From: a virus
Reading direction: 5' to 3' (one strand)
Length of the DNA: 64,000 nt
IMG/VR virus record: IMGVR_UViG_3300025164_000635
Span: 31,305 to 95,304 of that record
In this document: positions 44,527 through 53,744 of the stretch, one piece after another
Layout: each line of letters opens with the position of its first letter
How positions within the stretch are numbered: position 1 is the stretch's first letter
Translations under genes and position numbers: made by a program
Notes under the pieces: model-generated
What the model was told of the DNA's origin: nothing
The model's input: only the letters and a program-made list of their open reading frames with translations
Databases searched by the model: none

Positions 44527-45340
44527 CTACCAGCCCTGCCGAATCCGCATCTTCCGGGACGAGGGCTACGAACACACGAATCGTGTTGCCATCTTTGACA
44601 TGGTTAGGCAGGTCGTGATCAAGGTATGGCACCATAGGAATGGATGGAAGGACCCGAGTCCCCATCCTGCCCATAGCCCCTTTGATGTCTGTGGTCGATA
44701 CGACCTTGCTCTAAAGGACTGCCTCCAGATTGCCAAGAACCAGGCAGCCATCCTCAACCTGCCTTTTCGGCAGGCCAGTGACATTGTGTCTGCAGACGAC
44801 ATCCTAGAAGGCGAAAAACGAGGCTGTCTGATCTGTGGTAAAAACGACAAGCGATCAAGAGACAACTTCATCTGCAATCCTTGCCTCAAGATCATCGCAG
44901 CAGGGCAGATGGCTGCCGCCGACAAGGGAGAATATGGCATCTCCACGGAGTTCGGCTATCCTCTGCGCTTGAATCGTGAGCAAGGGGAGAGTCTCGCCCA
45001 TCTCATCTGTAAACTGGCGGGAACGAGCCTGGGAACTTCCGGCTTCTATCTCAACCTTGACCGTATAGGGGACCCCGGTGGCTCTTTCAATACCTCCTAC
45101 AAGTGGCCAATCACCTTAACGCTTGACCAAAAGAATGCCCTGGTTGAGCTTCTTAACCTCATCGGGGCAGCTTGTCAGAATAACTACACGGTCGGCCTGG
45201 AAGAGGGAGCCCGGTTCGTGCAGGGCATTGCGACCGGTCGTTACTCTGTCGCGGAAATCAACGAGAAAGAAGCCGGGCTAAGTGCTTCCCGGAAGAAGAT
45301 CGACAAAGACCTGAGCAAATGGGATGGAGGAGACGAATGA
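44510..45340 (+). CDS. Hypothetical protein with CxxC-CxxC finger
   Basis: CLICG...ICNPC. Confidence 0.6.
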   Translation: MKNESNYQPCRIRIFRDEGYEHTNRVAIFDMVRQVVIKVWHHRNGWKDPSPHPAHSPFDVCGRYDLALKDCLQIAKNQAAILNLPFRQASDIVSADDILEGEKRGCLICGKNDKRSRDNFICNPCLKIIAAGQMAAADKGEYGISTEFGYPLRLNREQGESLAHLICKLAGTSLGTSGFYLNLDRIGDPGGSFNTSYKWPITLTLDQKNALVELLNLIGAACQNNYTVGLEEGARFVQGIATGRYSVAEINEKEAGLSASRKKIDKDLSKWDGGDE

Positions 45341-46188
45341 CCACCTGCTGTTTCTATCACAGGGGGTGCACGGACGGGTTCGGCGCGGCTCTAGTCGTCC
45401 GCTTGCACTTGCAGATGAAACGGGATTTTGTACCGCTTGTAGAGGTTGAGTTCATTCCCGTCCAGTATGGTGACGAGGCGCCCGACGTGACCGGGAAAGA
45501 TGTGATCATCGTGGACTTCAGTTGGCCGCGTGAAGTCTTGCTTCGTATGGAGACGCAGGCCAACAGCATAGTTGTCCTCGATCACCACCAGTCCGCCGAG
45601 AGCGAGCTGGCCGACCTGGACTTCTGCATCTTCGACACGAGCAAGTCAGGCGTCGTGCTGGCCTTTGAGTTCTTCTTCCCGGACTCCATCATACCTGACT
45701 TATTCCTCTATCTTCAGGACCGTGACTTGTGGCAGTGGAAGATGCCACAAAGCCGGGAAGTCAACGCCGCCATCCGCAGCTACCCGTTCGACTTCGAGCT
45801 CTGGACATCCTTCCTGGAATACGGCAAGATGAAGAACCTGGTGGTGGAGGGAAAGGCCATTGTCCGTTACCAGGATCAGCAGATCCGGATTGCCCTGCCT
45901 CACGCTGAACTGGTTGAAATCGGCGGCCACCAGGTCCCTTGCCTGAACGCCACACATCTCACTTCCGAGATTGCCCATGAGCTTATCGGTGACTATCCCT
46001 TTGCCGCTGTGTACTATGACGTGAAGGACAACAAGCGGGTGTTCCAGTTACGGTCCAAAGAGGGTGGCATCGATGTGTCCGAGATCGCCAAGTTGTACGG
46101 TGGCGGTGGACATCGGGCAGCGGCCGGCTTCACGATCCAGATTGGTCATACTGGCCTGGAAGAGTGGGGACTCGAGAGACTTCTTTGA
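45337..46188 (+). CDS. DHH/DHHA1 phosphoesterase (NrnB-like)
   Basis: YH..C.DG, VDFS, LDHH, DRDLW, LRS...DVS.IA..YGGGGH..AAGF. Confidence 0.9.
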   Translation: MTTCCFYHRGCTDGFGAALVVRLHLQMKRDFVPLVEVEFIPVQYGDEAPDVTGKDVIIVDFSWPREVLLRMETQANSIVVLDHHQSAESELADLDFCIFDTSKSGVVLAFEFFFPDSIIPDLFLYLQDRDLWQWKMPQSREVNAAIRSYPFDFELWTSFLEYGKMKNLVVEGKAIVRYQDQQIRIALPHAELVEIGGHQVPCLNATHLTSEIAHELIGDYPFAAVYYDVKDNKRVFQLRSKEGGIDVSEIAKLYGGGGHRAAAGFTIQIGHTGLEEWGLERLL

Positions 46189-46230
46189 CACGGACGTACT
46201 GATTGCCATTCCTGAACCTGGAAAGGATCT

Positions 46231-46437
46231 ATGAGGCAGCTTACCGCCTACCAAAACGAAACCCTCTCTCGTATCAAGGACAAGAAGCTTTCTGAAGCAA
46301 TCAAGAAAGCCTGGGAGGGCGGCCGTGCCTATACCGGCACGGTCGGCTTGGACGGGATGGTTGGTATGATCGCTCGCTGCAACCGGGAAGCGACCAAACG
46401 TCTCACTCGTCGCAAGTCCACAAAGGAGTACACATGA
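46231..46437 (+). CDS. Hypothetical protein
   Basis: AAAGGA RBS. Confidence 0.5.
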   Translation: MRQLTAYQNETLSRIKDKKLSEAIKKAWEGGRAYTGTVGLDGMVGMIARCNREATKRLTRRKSTKEYT

Positions 46438-46691
46438 GGCATAGATACTGGGTAAGCTGGTTCAGTACCAGCGCTGAGCCCCTTGAGGAAGTGCCCTTCC
46501 CGGTGTGGAATACCGGGAGTAGTGATGCCTGGAATATCTTCTGTGCGGTCATCGACGCCGAGGATGTCGTGGATCTCTGGGATAAGGTCAAGCTCTTCTT
46601 CCCGGACCGCAAGGCGCGTTTCTGTGACCTCAAGCCGACCGACTGGATGCCGATCGGTGATCAATTTTCCTTGTATGGAGACACTGCATGA
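46434..46691 (+). CDS. Hypothetical protein
   Basis: AAAGGAG RBS, ATGA overlap. Confidence 0.6.
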   Translation: MRHRYWVSWFSTSAEPLEEVPFPVWNTGSSDAWNIFCAVIDAEDVVDLWDKVKLFFPDRKARFCDLKPTDWMPIGDQFSLYGDTA

Positions 46692-46742
46692 CTATCTGTG
46701 AACCCTGTGGCAAACTGGCGCGGTGCATGTAAGGAGTTTTAA

Positions 46743-47381
46743 GTGATACTCCGAGATAAGGCCGCCGACCTCTTGACTTCCCTCTCGCCTGGTACTTCCC
46801 GGATTGCCCTTGCCGGTAGCATCCGGCGTGGGATGAAGAATCCCAAGGACATCGAGATCGTTGCCATCCCACTCTATGAGCACACCCTTCACTTCCGGGA
46901 AGTAGGGCTTCAGGGCGAGATGTTCGGTGATCGTCTTCCGGTGCCGGAGTCGGTCAGCCTCCTGGATGCTGAGCTCGACAAGCTGTACGCTTCCACTTCC
47001 TGGAAGTTGCGCGCTGACCGAGGGGCGGGCCTTCGCGCTCGCTTCCTGATCGATCGCGACGGTGATAAGCTGGACTTGTTCATCACCGACGCGAGACTGT
47101 GGGGGATCATCTACACATTCCGCACGGGTCCTGCCCAGTTCAGCCACGGATTGGCAAGCCTGGCACTGAAGCGGGGTTGGCATATCGAGAGTGGTCTGCT
47201 GCACCGGCATGCTCGGCCGGTGAGAAACAATCGGCGAGTGTCCTGCCTTCTCGGTGAGGAATGTCACCTGATCGCAGACACACACGAAGAGCATCAGGTC
47301 TTCCAGGCACTTGGTCTCCCTTGGCTTGAGCCGGAAGAACGTACCGACACCTGTCTCAACCAATACCTTTGGGGAGCGTAA
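46743..47381 (+). CDS. Minimal family X DNA polymerase / nucleotidyltransferase
   Basis: AGSIRRG....KDIEIV, LDLF, RTGPAQFS, E..VF..LGLPW.EP.ER. Confidence 0.85.
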   Translation: MILRDKAADLLTSLSPGTSRIALAGSIRRGMKNPKDIEIVAIPLYEHTLHFREVGLQGEMFGDRLPVPESVSLLDAELDKLYASTSWKLRADRGAGLRARFLIDRDGDKLDLFITDARLWGIIYTFRTGPAQFSHGLASLALKRGWHIESGLLHRHARPVRNNRRVSCLLGEECHLIADTHEEHQVFQALGLPWLEPEERTDTCLNQYLWGA

Positions 47382-47383
47382 CC

Positions 47384-47599
47384 ATGGCCGATACAATTAA
47401 GATCTACGCCCCTCTCGTAAACGGAGCACAGTGGATTCATTCGCTGCCCCCCATGAAGGGGATAGAGGGCCCTTACAGTGACGGAGCCTACGTAGGAGCT
47501 AGGCTCTATGCCGTGATCAGCAAGAAGAATGCAATCGCGGCCTACAAGAGGGCACGCGGGAAGAACAGACGTATCATTAAGGAAGTATGCAAGCTATGA
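47384..47599 (+). CDS. Hypothetical protein
   Basis: GGGGAG RBS, start 47384. Confidence 0.5.
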   Translation: MADTIKIYAPLVNGAQWIHSLPPMKGIEGPYSDGAYVGARLYAVISKKNAIAAYKRARGKNRRIIKEVCKL

Positions 47600-47777
47600 G
47601 GAGACAACCCATGAAGGGAATAGAGCATGATTGAGATCGAGCCCTGGAAACTCATCCTCGCTGCGTGTCTCCTCCTGCCCTCTGCCGGCTGGATAGGCTT
47701 TCTTCTCGGTGTGGTATGGTCACGCCGGCGCCACTAACCTCTCCCTCCCGGTTTGCAACTGGTTGGAAACATGCCCC

Positions 47778-47814
47778 TTGACAATCTGTGATAAATTGGG
47801 ATAATCTGTGATAT
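47778..47814 (+). promoter_or_regulatory. Sigma70-type promoter overlapped by direct repeats
   Basis: TTGACA-16-GATAAT; AATCTGTGATA twice with 20-nt period. Confidence 0.6.
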
Positions 47815-47866
47815 ATATGTTCTAGTGTTTCTGACGATAGAAGCACTAGAATCCCAAGGAGGGGCG

Positions 47867-48283
47867 ATGCCAACAAGACGAGGCTCTAGCAGGTCTGGTA
47901 GGAACAAACGTACTACATTAGGACCGCTAGAGTATGTTACTTCTCAAGCAGAGCTCAGGAGGTTCCAGAAACTCCTGATTGAGTTGCGAGAGTTCTTTAC
48001 CCTCGATGAGATCTCAGAGATGACCTGGAGGGGCGACAAGAACTCAGCCCGCTTGTCGCACGCCGAGCAAGGGAAGCACCTGGGCAAGAAACCGAAGGTA
48101 CGAATCGCCCGCCAGGACTACAAAGACATCCTTTATGCTCACAAGTTCCTGATGTTCTTCGTTGGATTTCGACAGGAAGTGCGAGTCAAGGTCCTCGCCG
48201 TGATACGCCAGTGGGCCCGTGTGGAGCATGACATGATGGAACTCATCTCACTGGTTCATGACGCGACCAAGAAGAGGAAGTGA
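47867..48283 (+). CDS. Putative HTH regulator
   Basis: AGGAGG RBS; LRE.FTLDEISE...RLSHAEQG resembles an Xre HTH. Confidence 0.5.
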   Translation: MPTRRGSSRSGRNKRTTLGPLEYVTSQAELRRFQKLLIELREFFTLDEISEMTWRGDKNSARLSHAEQGKHLGKKPKVRIARQDYKDILYAHKFLMFFVGFRQEVRVKVLAVIRQWARVEHDMMELISLVHDATKKRK

Positions 48284-48711
48284 TGGGGCGTCTAATTGGA
48301 TTGATAGGGTGTCTGCCGATCGGTGTCATCCTGGCATTGGCGCTGTTGGCACAGGGAACTGCCAACATCGGCTTCGGTGTAGCGTCTGCTGAGATGGGCG
48401 CTACAGTCCTGACCCAGACCCTCATGCAGCCGATCCTCATGCTGGTCTGTGGGGCAGGGGGGTTCCTGCTCGCCCTCCCAGTCCTGGCTGCACTCTACAT
48501 CTACGCGCAGATAAGGCTCGGTAAGAAGGCAGCCGACCTCTGGGAGAATACACCACGGCTTCCTCTACCGAGCCGGGAAGAACGGAAGCCCAAGCCCGCC
48601 CTACCGACCGCCGCAGATGCTTTGGCGCTACCGAAGTCTGACGAGAGCATGGTGGTTCGGCGCCGGCGTGTGCCGGCCCACCGAGAGATTCATATTCCGA
48701 GGAACTTCTAA
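48280..48711 (+). CDS. Membrane protein
   Basis: Two to three hydrophobic segments. Confidence 0.6.
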   Translation: MMGRLIGLIGCLPIGVILALALLAQGTANIGFGVASAEMGATVLTQTLMQPILMLVCGAGGFLLALPVLAALYIYAQIRLGKKAADLWENTPRLPLPSREERKPKPALPTAADALALPKSDESMVVRRRRVPAHREIHIPRNF

Positions 48712-48712
48712 G

Positions 48713-50581
48713 ATGAAGCACAGGATCGCCGCAGGGTTGCTCTTCCTGGCACTGGTGATGGGATTCACCGGATGCGTGAACGATCCTTGCACGGGTGCCA
48801 GTCCTGAGTTGTGTGGCCAGTTCCGGGCACAGGTAGCAGGCACGGCCACCGTAGGAGCCGCCAGCGCGCGTGCTCAGGCTACCCAATCTGCCATTGACGC
48901 AGGCTTGGCTGCTGCGAAAGCGACGGCCATCATCAAGGAGGCCAATGCGGAGGCAGATAGAGCAGCAGCCGAAATCAGGCTGGCTCAGGAGAAGGCGGAC
49001 CGGGAAGCAACTCTGGAGGCCCGAGCCGCAGAGCAGCAGGCCACGATCACCCAGGGTAAGGCCGATCTAGAAGCAACCACGACTACAGGTGAAGCCTACA
49101 TGGCTGCAACCGCTACCCTGACGGCCATCCAGACTAAGAGCCATCAGGATACGCTCAACGCAATCGGCATGTTTGTCCGAGATGTGGTGTTTTACGCGGG
49201 CGGCCTGACTATTCTCTTCCTAGCCTGCTACTGGGCCGTGAACTACATTCGCCGCAAGTCGGCGATTTCCGATACACCGGCTGGCACCATTCTGGTGTTA
49301 CCAAGTGGCAACCCGTTTGCTGCCCGGCTGATCATCCCGCTTCTGGCTGAGCGTGCCGTGATCGACTCTCATGATGCGCCCGAGAGGGCCAGCGACGACA
49401 CCATCCGGCGCAAGCAGGTGATCGACCTGGCGCTGGCGGCCGCACGTGCCAATGCAGATGTGGTCAATGAGGCTGACGTGATTGAGGGAAGTGGGTGGGC
49501 TGAGGCGGGCCGCACTCCGCAGCCGGAACTGCCCGCAGCCATTGCCTTGCCTCTTCCCAGTAACATCGATCGCTCTCGGCTCGTGTTGCCCCCTCCCTAC
49601 CGGGAGATTGCAGCATCCTGGAGGCCGACTGCCGAACGGATGCTGCTTGGCTACACGCCCGATGGTCAGCCGCTCTATGGCAAGATCGATGATCTCCTGT
49701 CCGTGACGGTCATCGGCCGGCAGGGGACCGGGAAGACAACGCTGGAGCGCTTCATCTATGTCCAGTGTGTCCAGCTCGGGGCGCGCGTTATTGTCTGGGA
49801 CCCACACGATGACATCGTGGATAGTCTCCCTGGTACAGAAGCCTGCATCGAGGCCGAGACTATTCAAAGGTCCGCGTCTCAAGTCTTGGCTATTCTGAAT
49901 GGCCGCCGTCAGGCCAAGCTACATCACGAGCAGGTCATTCTCGTTATTGTGGACGAGTACAACGCGCTGGTGCACGCAGCCGAGGTCGCTCCCGTGATCC
50001 AGGAGCTCGTCACACAGGGACGGAAGTACCGGCTGTTCTGCATCGTTTCCGTGAAGGGCGCCCCGGCTGCCTCCTTTGGCGGTGCTTGGATTCGGGATGC
50101 CTTCTCGGCCCACTACGCTTTCAACTGCCGGCCTTCCACGGCCCGACAGATTGGGTTTGACGGTGAGGCGGCCCGACAAGTCGAGCTGCTCCGCCCTGGG
50201 GAGGCGCTCCTGGAAGGGAGTGCCCCGCCCCAGATGGTGCTCATCCCACAGACAACCATTGATGACGTAAGGGCCATTTTCCCCACTTCCAGCAATGGAA
50301 ATGGGGCTGGAAGTGGGGCTGGAAGTGGGGAAACGGTCATTGACCAGCTTCCCGGAAACGGGCTTGGAAGTGGGCTGGAAACGGGCCTGGAAGTGGGCTC
50401 GGAAATGGGGGCCGTAGACCCCCAAAAGCTGGAGCTCGTCCGGCTGGCGATGATGCGTGGCGCATCCGTCAAGGACATCCTTCAGCAGGTCTTCGCTAGT
50501 TCTACGAGTGGCAGCGGCTACAAGGACGCCCTGGCCGAGCTACGGCGCTACCAGGCCGTGATTGCATCCCAAGGAGGATAA
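48713..50581 (+). CDS. Membrane-anchored FtsK/HerA-superfamily ATPase (TraB/FtsK-like)
   Basis: Signal/lipobox FTG-C, Ala-rich coiled coil, TM, GRQGTGKT, WDPH, VIVDEYN, GRKY, short helical C-terminal domain. Confidence 0.75.
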   Translation: MKHRIAAGLLFLALVMGFTGCVNDPCTGASPELCGQFRAQVAGTATVGAASARAQATQSAIDAGLAAAKATAIIKEANAEADRAAAEIRLAQEKADREATLEARAAEQQATITQGKADLEATTTTGEAYMAATATLTAIQTKSHQDTLNAIGMFVRDVVFYAGGLTILFLACYWAVNYIRRKSAISDTPAGTILVLPSGNPFAARLIIPLLAERAVIDSHDAPERASDDTIRRKQVIDLALAAARANADVVNEADVIEGSGWAEAGRTPQPELPAAIALPLPSNIDRSRLVLPPPYREIAASWRPTAERMLLGYTPDGQPLYGKIDDLLSVTVIGRQGTGKTTLERFIYVQCVQLGARVIVWDPHDDIVDSLPGTEACIEAETIQRSASQVLAILNGRRQAKLHHEQVILVIVDEYNALVHAAEVAPVIQELVTQGRKYRLFCIVSVKGAPAASFGGAWIRDAFSAHYAFNCRPSTARQIGFDGEAARQVELLRPGEALLEGSAPPQMVLIPQTTIDDVRAIFPTSSNGNGAGSGAGSGETVIDQLPGNGLGSGLETGLEVGSEMGAVDPQKLELVRLAMMRGASVKDILQQVFASSTSGSGYKDALAELRRYQAVIASQGG

Positions 50582-50731
50582 ATGAGCGACCAACTACTGT
50601 GGTGGGCCTACCGGCACATCAACGGCGGAATCCATGTCAAGCCCTACTTCCCGGCCGAGAATCGGGCCGAGGCTGAAGCCAAAGCTAAGGACAGGTTGTC
50701 ATTGTCATTAGATGACACACCCCAAGAGTAG
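50582..50731 (+). CDS. Hypothetical protein (49 aa)
   Basis: AGGAGG RBS; MSDQLLWWAYRHINGGIHVKPYF. Confidence 0.5.
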   Translation: MSDQLLWWAYRHINGGIHVKPYFPAENRAEAEAKAKDRLSLSLDDTPQE

Positions 50732-50743
50732 ACTGGAGATACG

Positions 50744-50953
50744 ATGCCCGATCAACAACTCCCTGGTTTCCAAGCCGAGTATCCCAATACTGAGGGCTGG
50801 ACAACCGAGCAGGCCCAAGAAGTCTACACATTTTAAGGATTCGGTGCCGGCTTGGCTATTGTCATCCGCAAGGCAGACGGCGTGCGCGGCACCCTGAACT
50901 TCAACCGCTTCCGGGAAGGCCGAATTTACTTCGACTTCGAGGCTATCAAATGA
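50744..50953 (+). pseudogene. Small gene interrupted by an in-frame TAA (50834-50836)
   Basis: GGAG RBS; ...WTTEQAQEVYTF*GFGAGLAIVIRKADGVRGTLNF...RIYFDF; terminal TGA overlaps next ATG. Confidence 0.6.
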
Positions 50954-51300
50954 GCGCATTCAGTATCCCCTATACGGTCACGCTTGATCTCAATCTGGTA
51001 GATGGCAGCCAAGTCCTGCCTACCGAGAAACACCTGAAAGAGATGGGTGCTCTCTCGGTGAGTGTCCTCGGCTTACAGGTCGTGGCTGTGTTTGAGTTGC
51101 ATCACTCCGTGGTGACCAGCCAGGCCGACCTGGGCTGGCACATCCGTACCCGCTATGTGGAATCCCTGATGGGCTTTCCCATCGGCAGCTTGGGGGTACA
51201 CGCCCATCCTACCTGGAAGCCCCCAGTCTTGGAGTGGCAGGGATTCAGAGTGGAGAGCTTCATCATCTCATTCCCCTACCCGGAAGACGAAGGAAAGTGA
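50950..51300 (+). CDS. Hypothetical protein
   Basis: 116 aa in operon. Confidence 0.55.
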   Translation: MSAFSIPYTVTLDLNLVDGSQVLPTEKHLKEMGALSVSVLGLQVVAVFELHHSVVTSQADLGWHIRTRYVESLMGFPIGSLGVHAHPTWKPPVLEWQGFRVESFIISFPYPEDEGK

Positions 51301-51301
51301 C

Positions 51302-51508
51302 ATGGACATCGACACAGCAACTAATCTTCTATTGGCCCGTCTGGACAATGCCTATTCTGATATGCGGTCTGTCATCGCGGACATGACCCACCTCAACAAT
51401 CAGACTGCTTCATTCAAGCAGGCTGTACAGAACTTCCAGGATGCCGCGACTGACATCTGGGAGTGGAAGCAAATCGTCCACAGAGTAAGGAGTAATAGTA
51501 AGGAGTAA
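51302..51508 (+). CDS. Hypothetical protein
   Basis: 68 aa helical. Confidence 0.5.
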   Translation: MDIDTATNLLLARLDNAYSDMRSVIADMTHLNNQTASFKQAVQNFQDAATDIWEWKQIVHRVRSNSKE

Positions 51509-51511
51509 TAC

Positions 51512-51772
51512 ATGAGTAGCGGTTATAAATTCGTCAATAAGGCGTCCACCCGACCAAGCGAGTTACGGCCGGGCATGGCGATGGCCGTGAAGGTGGTCGC
51601 CGTGCTGCACACAGACTTCCCGTCCTGGTGTGCCTACCAGGGACCCACCGACTGGTCAGACCAGCAGGTGGCCGACCAGGGAGACGAGATTCTCCAAGAG
51701 GCTGCCGAACGTCTGTTCCCGACCATGAGAAATCATGCTAAGGAACACGCCCTCGAATACTACAATCCATAG
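51512..51772 (+). CDS. Hypothetical protein
   Basis: AAGGAG RBS. Confidence 0.6.
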   Translation: MSSGYKFVNKASTRPSELRPGMAMAVKVVAVLHTDFPSWCAYQGPTDWSDQQVADQGDEILQEAAERLFPTMRNHAKEHALEYYNP

Positions 51773-51783
51773 GAGGATAGTGT

Positions 51784-52161
51784 ATGTCTCAAGCCATCAT
51801 TGATAAGTTGGATCGACTCGCTGAATATCAGTCTCAGCGGGACGTCCTAAACATGGACAAGCAGGCTGCGATCGACAGTATCCTGACGCCAGAGATCAAG
51901 GAACGGTTGGCCGAAGTTGAGGCCGAGTTCGGCGGCAAGGTTGAGGCAGTTACAGAAAACCTTGCTGCTCTTGAGGCGGAGGTGAGGGCTGATGTCCTGA
52001 CACAAGGCGAAACTGTACGTGGGTTTCGTCTGCAGGCAGTGTGGAGCAAGGGTCGCACTTCCTGGGACGACAGGGCCCTGCAGGGCTACATGAAGGCACA
52101 TCCTGAGCTTGCCGAATTTCGCAAGCAGGGTGAGCCATCGGTCAGCATTCGAGTGATCTGA
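51784..52161 (+). CDS. Coiled-coil protein, Gam/Gp157-like architecture
   Basis: AGGAGG RBS; coiled coil then GR.SWD...L......HPE...FRK.G.PSVSIR. Confidence 0.55.
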   Translation: MSQAIIDKLDRLAEYQSQRDVLNMDKQAAIDSILTPEIKERLAEVEAEFGGKVEAVTENLAALEAEVRADVLTQGETVRGFRLQAVWSKGRTSWDDRALQGYMKAHPELAEFRKQGEPSVSIRVI

Positions 52162-52182
52162 AATCTGAAAGGAGTAAACAAC

Positions 52183-53001
52183 ATGGCTGAGGGTGCATTA
52201 GTCCCCACCGGGGGACGTGGGTGTGGTAACCGAAAAGTAGGCAGTATCTACGCTGAGTGCGGGCTGAGTCCCTTCGGCTCACCCATCGAGAGCTTCTTGT
52301 ACTGTCCACCGGTACGTGTGCCGGCAGACTTCATCGTCAAAGCCCAGGGGATTACCCTCCTGGAAGACCCAACCGATCCCCGTCTGTTCCATATCGTTGA
52401 TCACCTGGGCGTCAACTCCTGGCCGAATGTGGCCGACTGGTTTGAAGAGGCGCGGCGTTTCGGGCTGAGTCACAACATCTCTGGATCGGGTGTTGAGTAC
52501 GCCAAGCTGACACCGGGAAGCCGTATCATGCCTATCCATCCGCACGCCTGGGTACACAACTTCCCAGTCTTTGCCGCAGCCTGGATTCCTGGCCTGAAGC
52601 CGGGCGACAGGCACGCCTACGACTTCTGCCCGAAAGAGATCACTGAGCACAACATCCTCTTCGATGGTCCCCGACCCGAAATGTGCGCCGGCGTGTGGTA
52701 CCAATCTCTTCTCAAGGGTCAGTTCCCGGTCTACGAGGACGAGATGATTGAGCACTGGAAGGCCGAAGTTCCGACCATGCTGGAGACCGCGAAGAGGCTG
52801 GTCATCCGAACGATGCCCTCGTTCGAGTATCAGGGGTTCTGCCCGCCCGATGGCGTGACACCTCAGTTCGAGGCAGCCTTCATCGGAAGCTGGCCGATCA
52901 CTCGCTTGGTGGTCATAAATGACCCGGTGGACGGCAAGCATGAGAAGGCCCTAAAGAGGGCGAGCGAGTCCAGCCTACCGGTGGAGGAGGTCAATGAATA
53001 A
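52183..53001 (+). CDS. Conserved hypothetical protein (RGCG.R..G..Y)
   Basis: AAAGGAG RBS, 272 aa. Confidence 0.65.
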   Translation: MAEGALVPTGGRGCGNRKVGSIYAECGLSPFGSPIESFLYCPPVRVPADFIVKAQGITLLEDPTDPRLFHIVDHLGVNSWPNVADWFEEARRFGLSHNISGSGVEYAKLTPGSRIMPIHPHAWVHNFPVFAAAWIPGLKPGDRHAYDFCPKEITEHNILFDGPRPEMCAGVWYQSLLKGQFPVYEDEMIEHWKAEVPTMLETAKRLVIRTMPSFEYQGFCPPDGVTPQFEAAFIGSWPITRLVVINDPVDGKHEKALKRASESSLPVEEVNE

Positions 53002-53200
53002 GAAACAACTCAAGAAGGCGGCCGAAGAGAAAGGGCATCGACTGGGGCGCTTCACGAGACGCAAGTATCAGACCCCCTACATGGCCGGGAAGACCATGTA
53101 CTATGTTGCGTGGTGTCTTTGGTGTGGAGATGCCGCGCTCACTGGCAGTGATGATGACTCACCTGTTCTCAAAAACACCTGTACCGGGAGGAGGAATTAA
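52994..53200 (+). CDS. Small zinc-binding protein
   Basis: GH.L..F...C..CG; GGAGG RBS. Confidence 0.55.
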   Translation: MNKKQLKKAAEEKGHRLGRFTRRKYQTPYMAGKTMYYVAWCLWCGDAALTGSDDDSPVLKNTCTGRRN

Positions 53201-53203
53201 CAC

Positions 53204-53617
53204 ATGCACTGGCGAATTGAGCAGATAATAGATCAGATGGGCGGCCGCGGCGTGCGTGGCGCCTTGGGCTACATCGGGGCCAGCGAGATTGCCTATCACT
53301 GCCGGAAGGACGACAGCAAGCCGGTCAACAGCACGGTAGACGACCACGGCCTGATTGAGTTCGAGATCGGCCTGATGTTCAGGGTGAATGGCAAAGAAAG
53401 GGAAGCCTGGAAGATGGTCGTCAGCCTGGAGTCGGATGATACCTACACCGTCCGGCTGTTCCGTAAGGCCACACCCGAAGAGTGGGGTCGGAAGATCCTG
53501 GCAGTCGTCCTGGATACCGACACAGATGTCTACTGTGACAATCTCCAGGCTGTAGTCGAGGGCATGTACGACCAGGCCATCAAGAAGTACAATCGGGGCA
53601 TGATTCGGATCGCATGA
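53204..53617 (+). CDS. Hypothetical protein
   Basis: I..Q.GG...DTY.V...DVYCD.L motif; GGAGG RBS. Confidence 0.6.
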   Translation: MHWRIEQIIDQMGGRGVRGALGYIGASEIAYHCRKDDSKPVNSTVDDHGLIEFEIGLMFRVNGKEREAWKMVVSLESDDTYTVRLFRKATPEEWGRKILAVVLDTDTDVYCDNLQAVVEGMYDQAIKKYNRGMIRIA

Positions 53618-53744
53618 TGTCAGCCGAAGCCCTGCTCCAGTTCCATGTGATTGTAGTCATCATTGTCAGCCTGCACCTTCTCACCGCTTGCTACCTGGTC
53701 GTGAAGTGGCTGGAGAAGAAAGGCTGGCTACAGAGGAGAAACAC

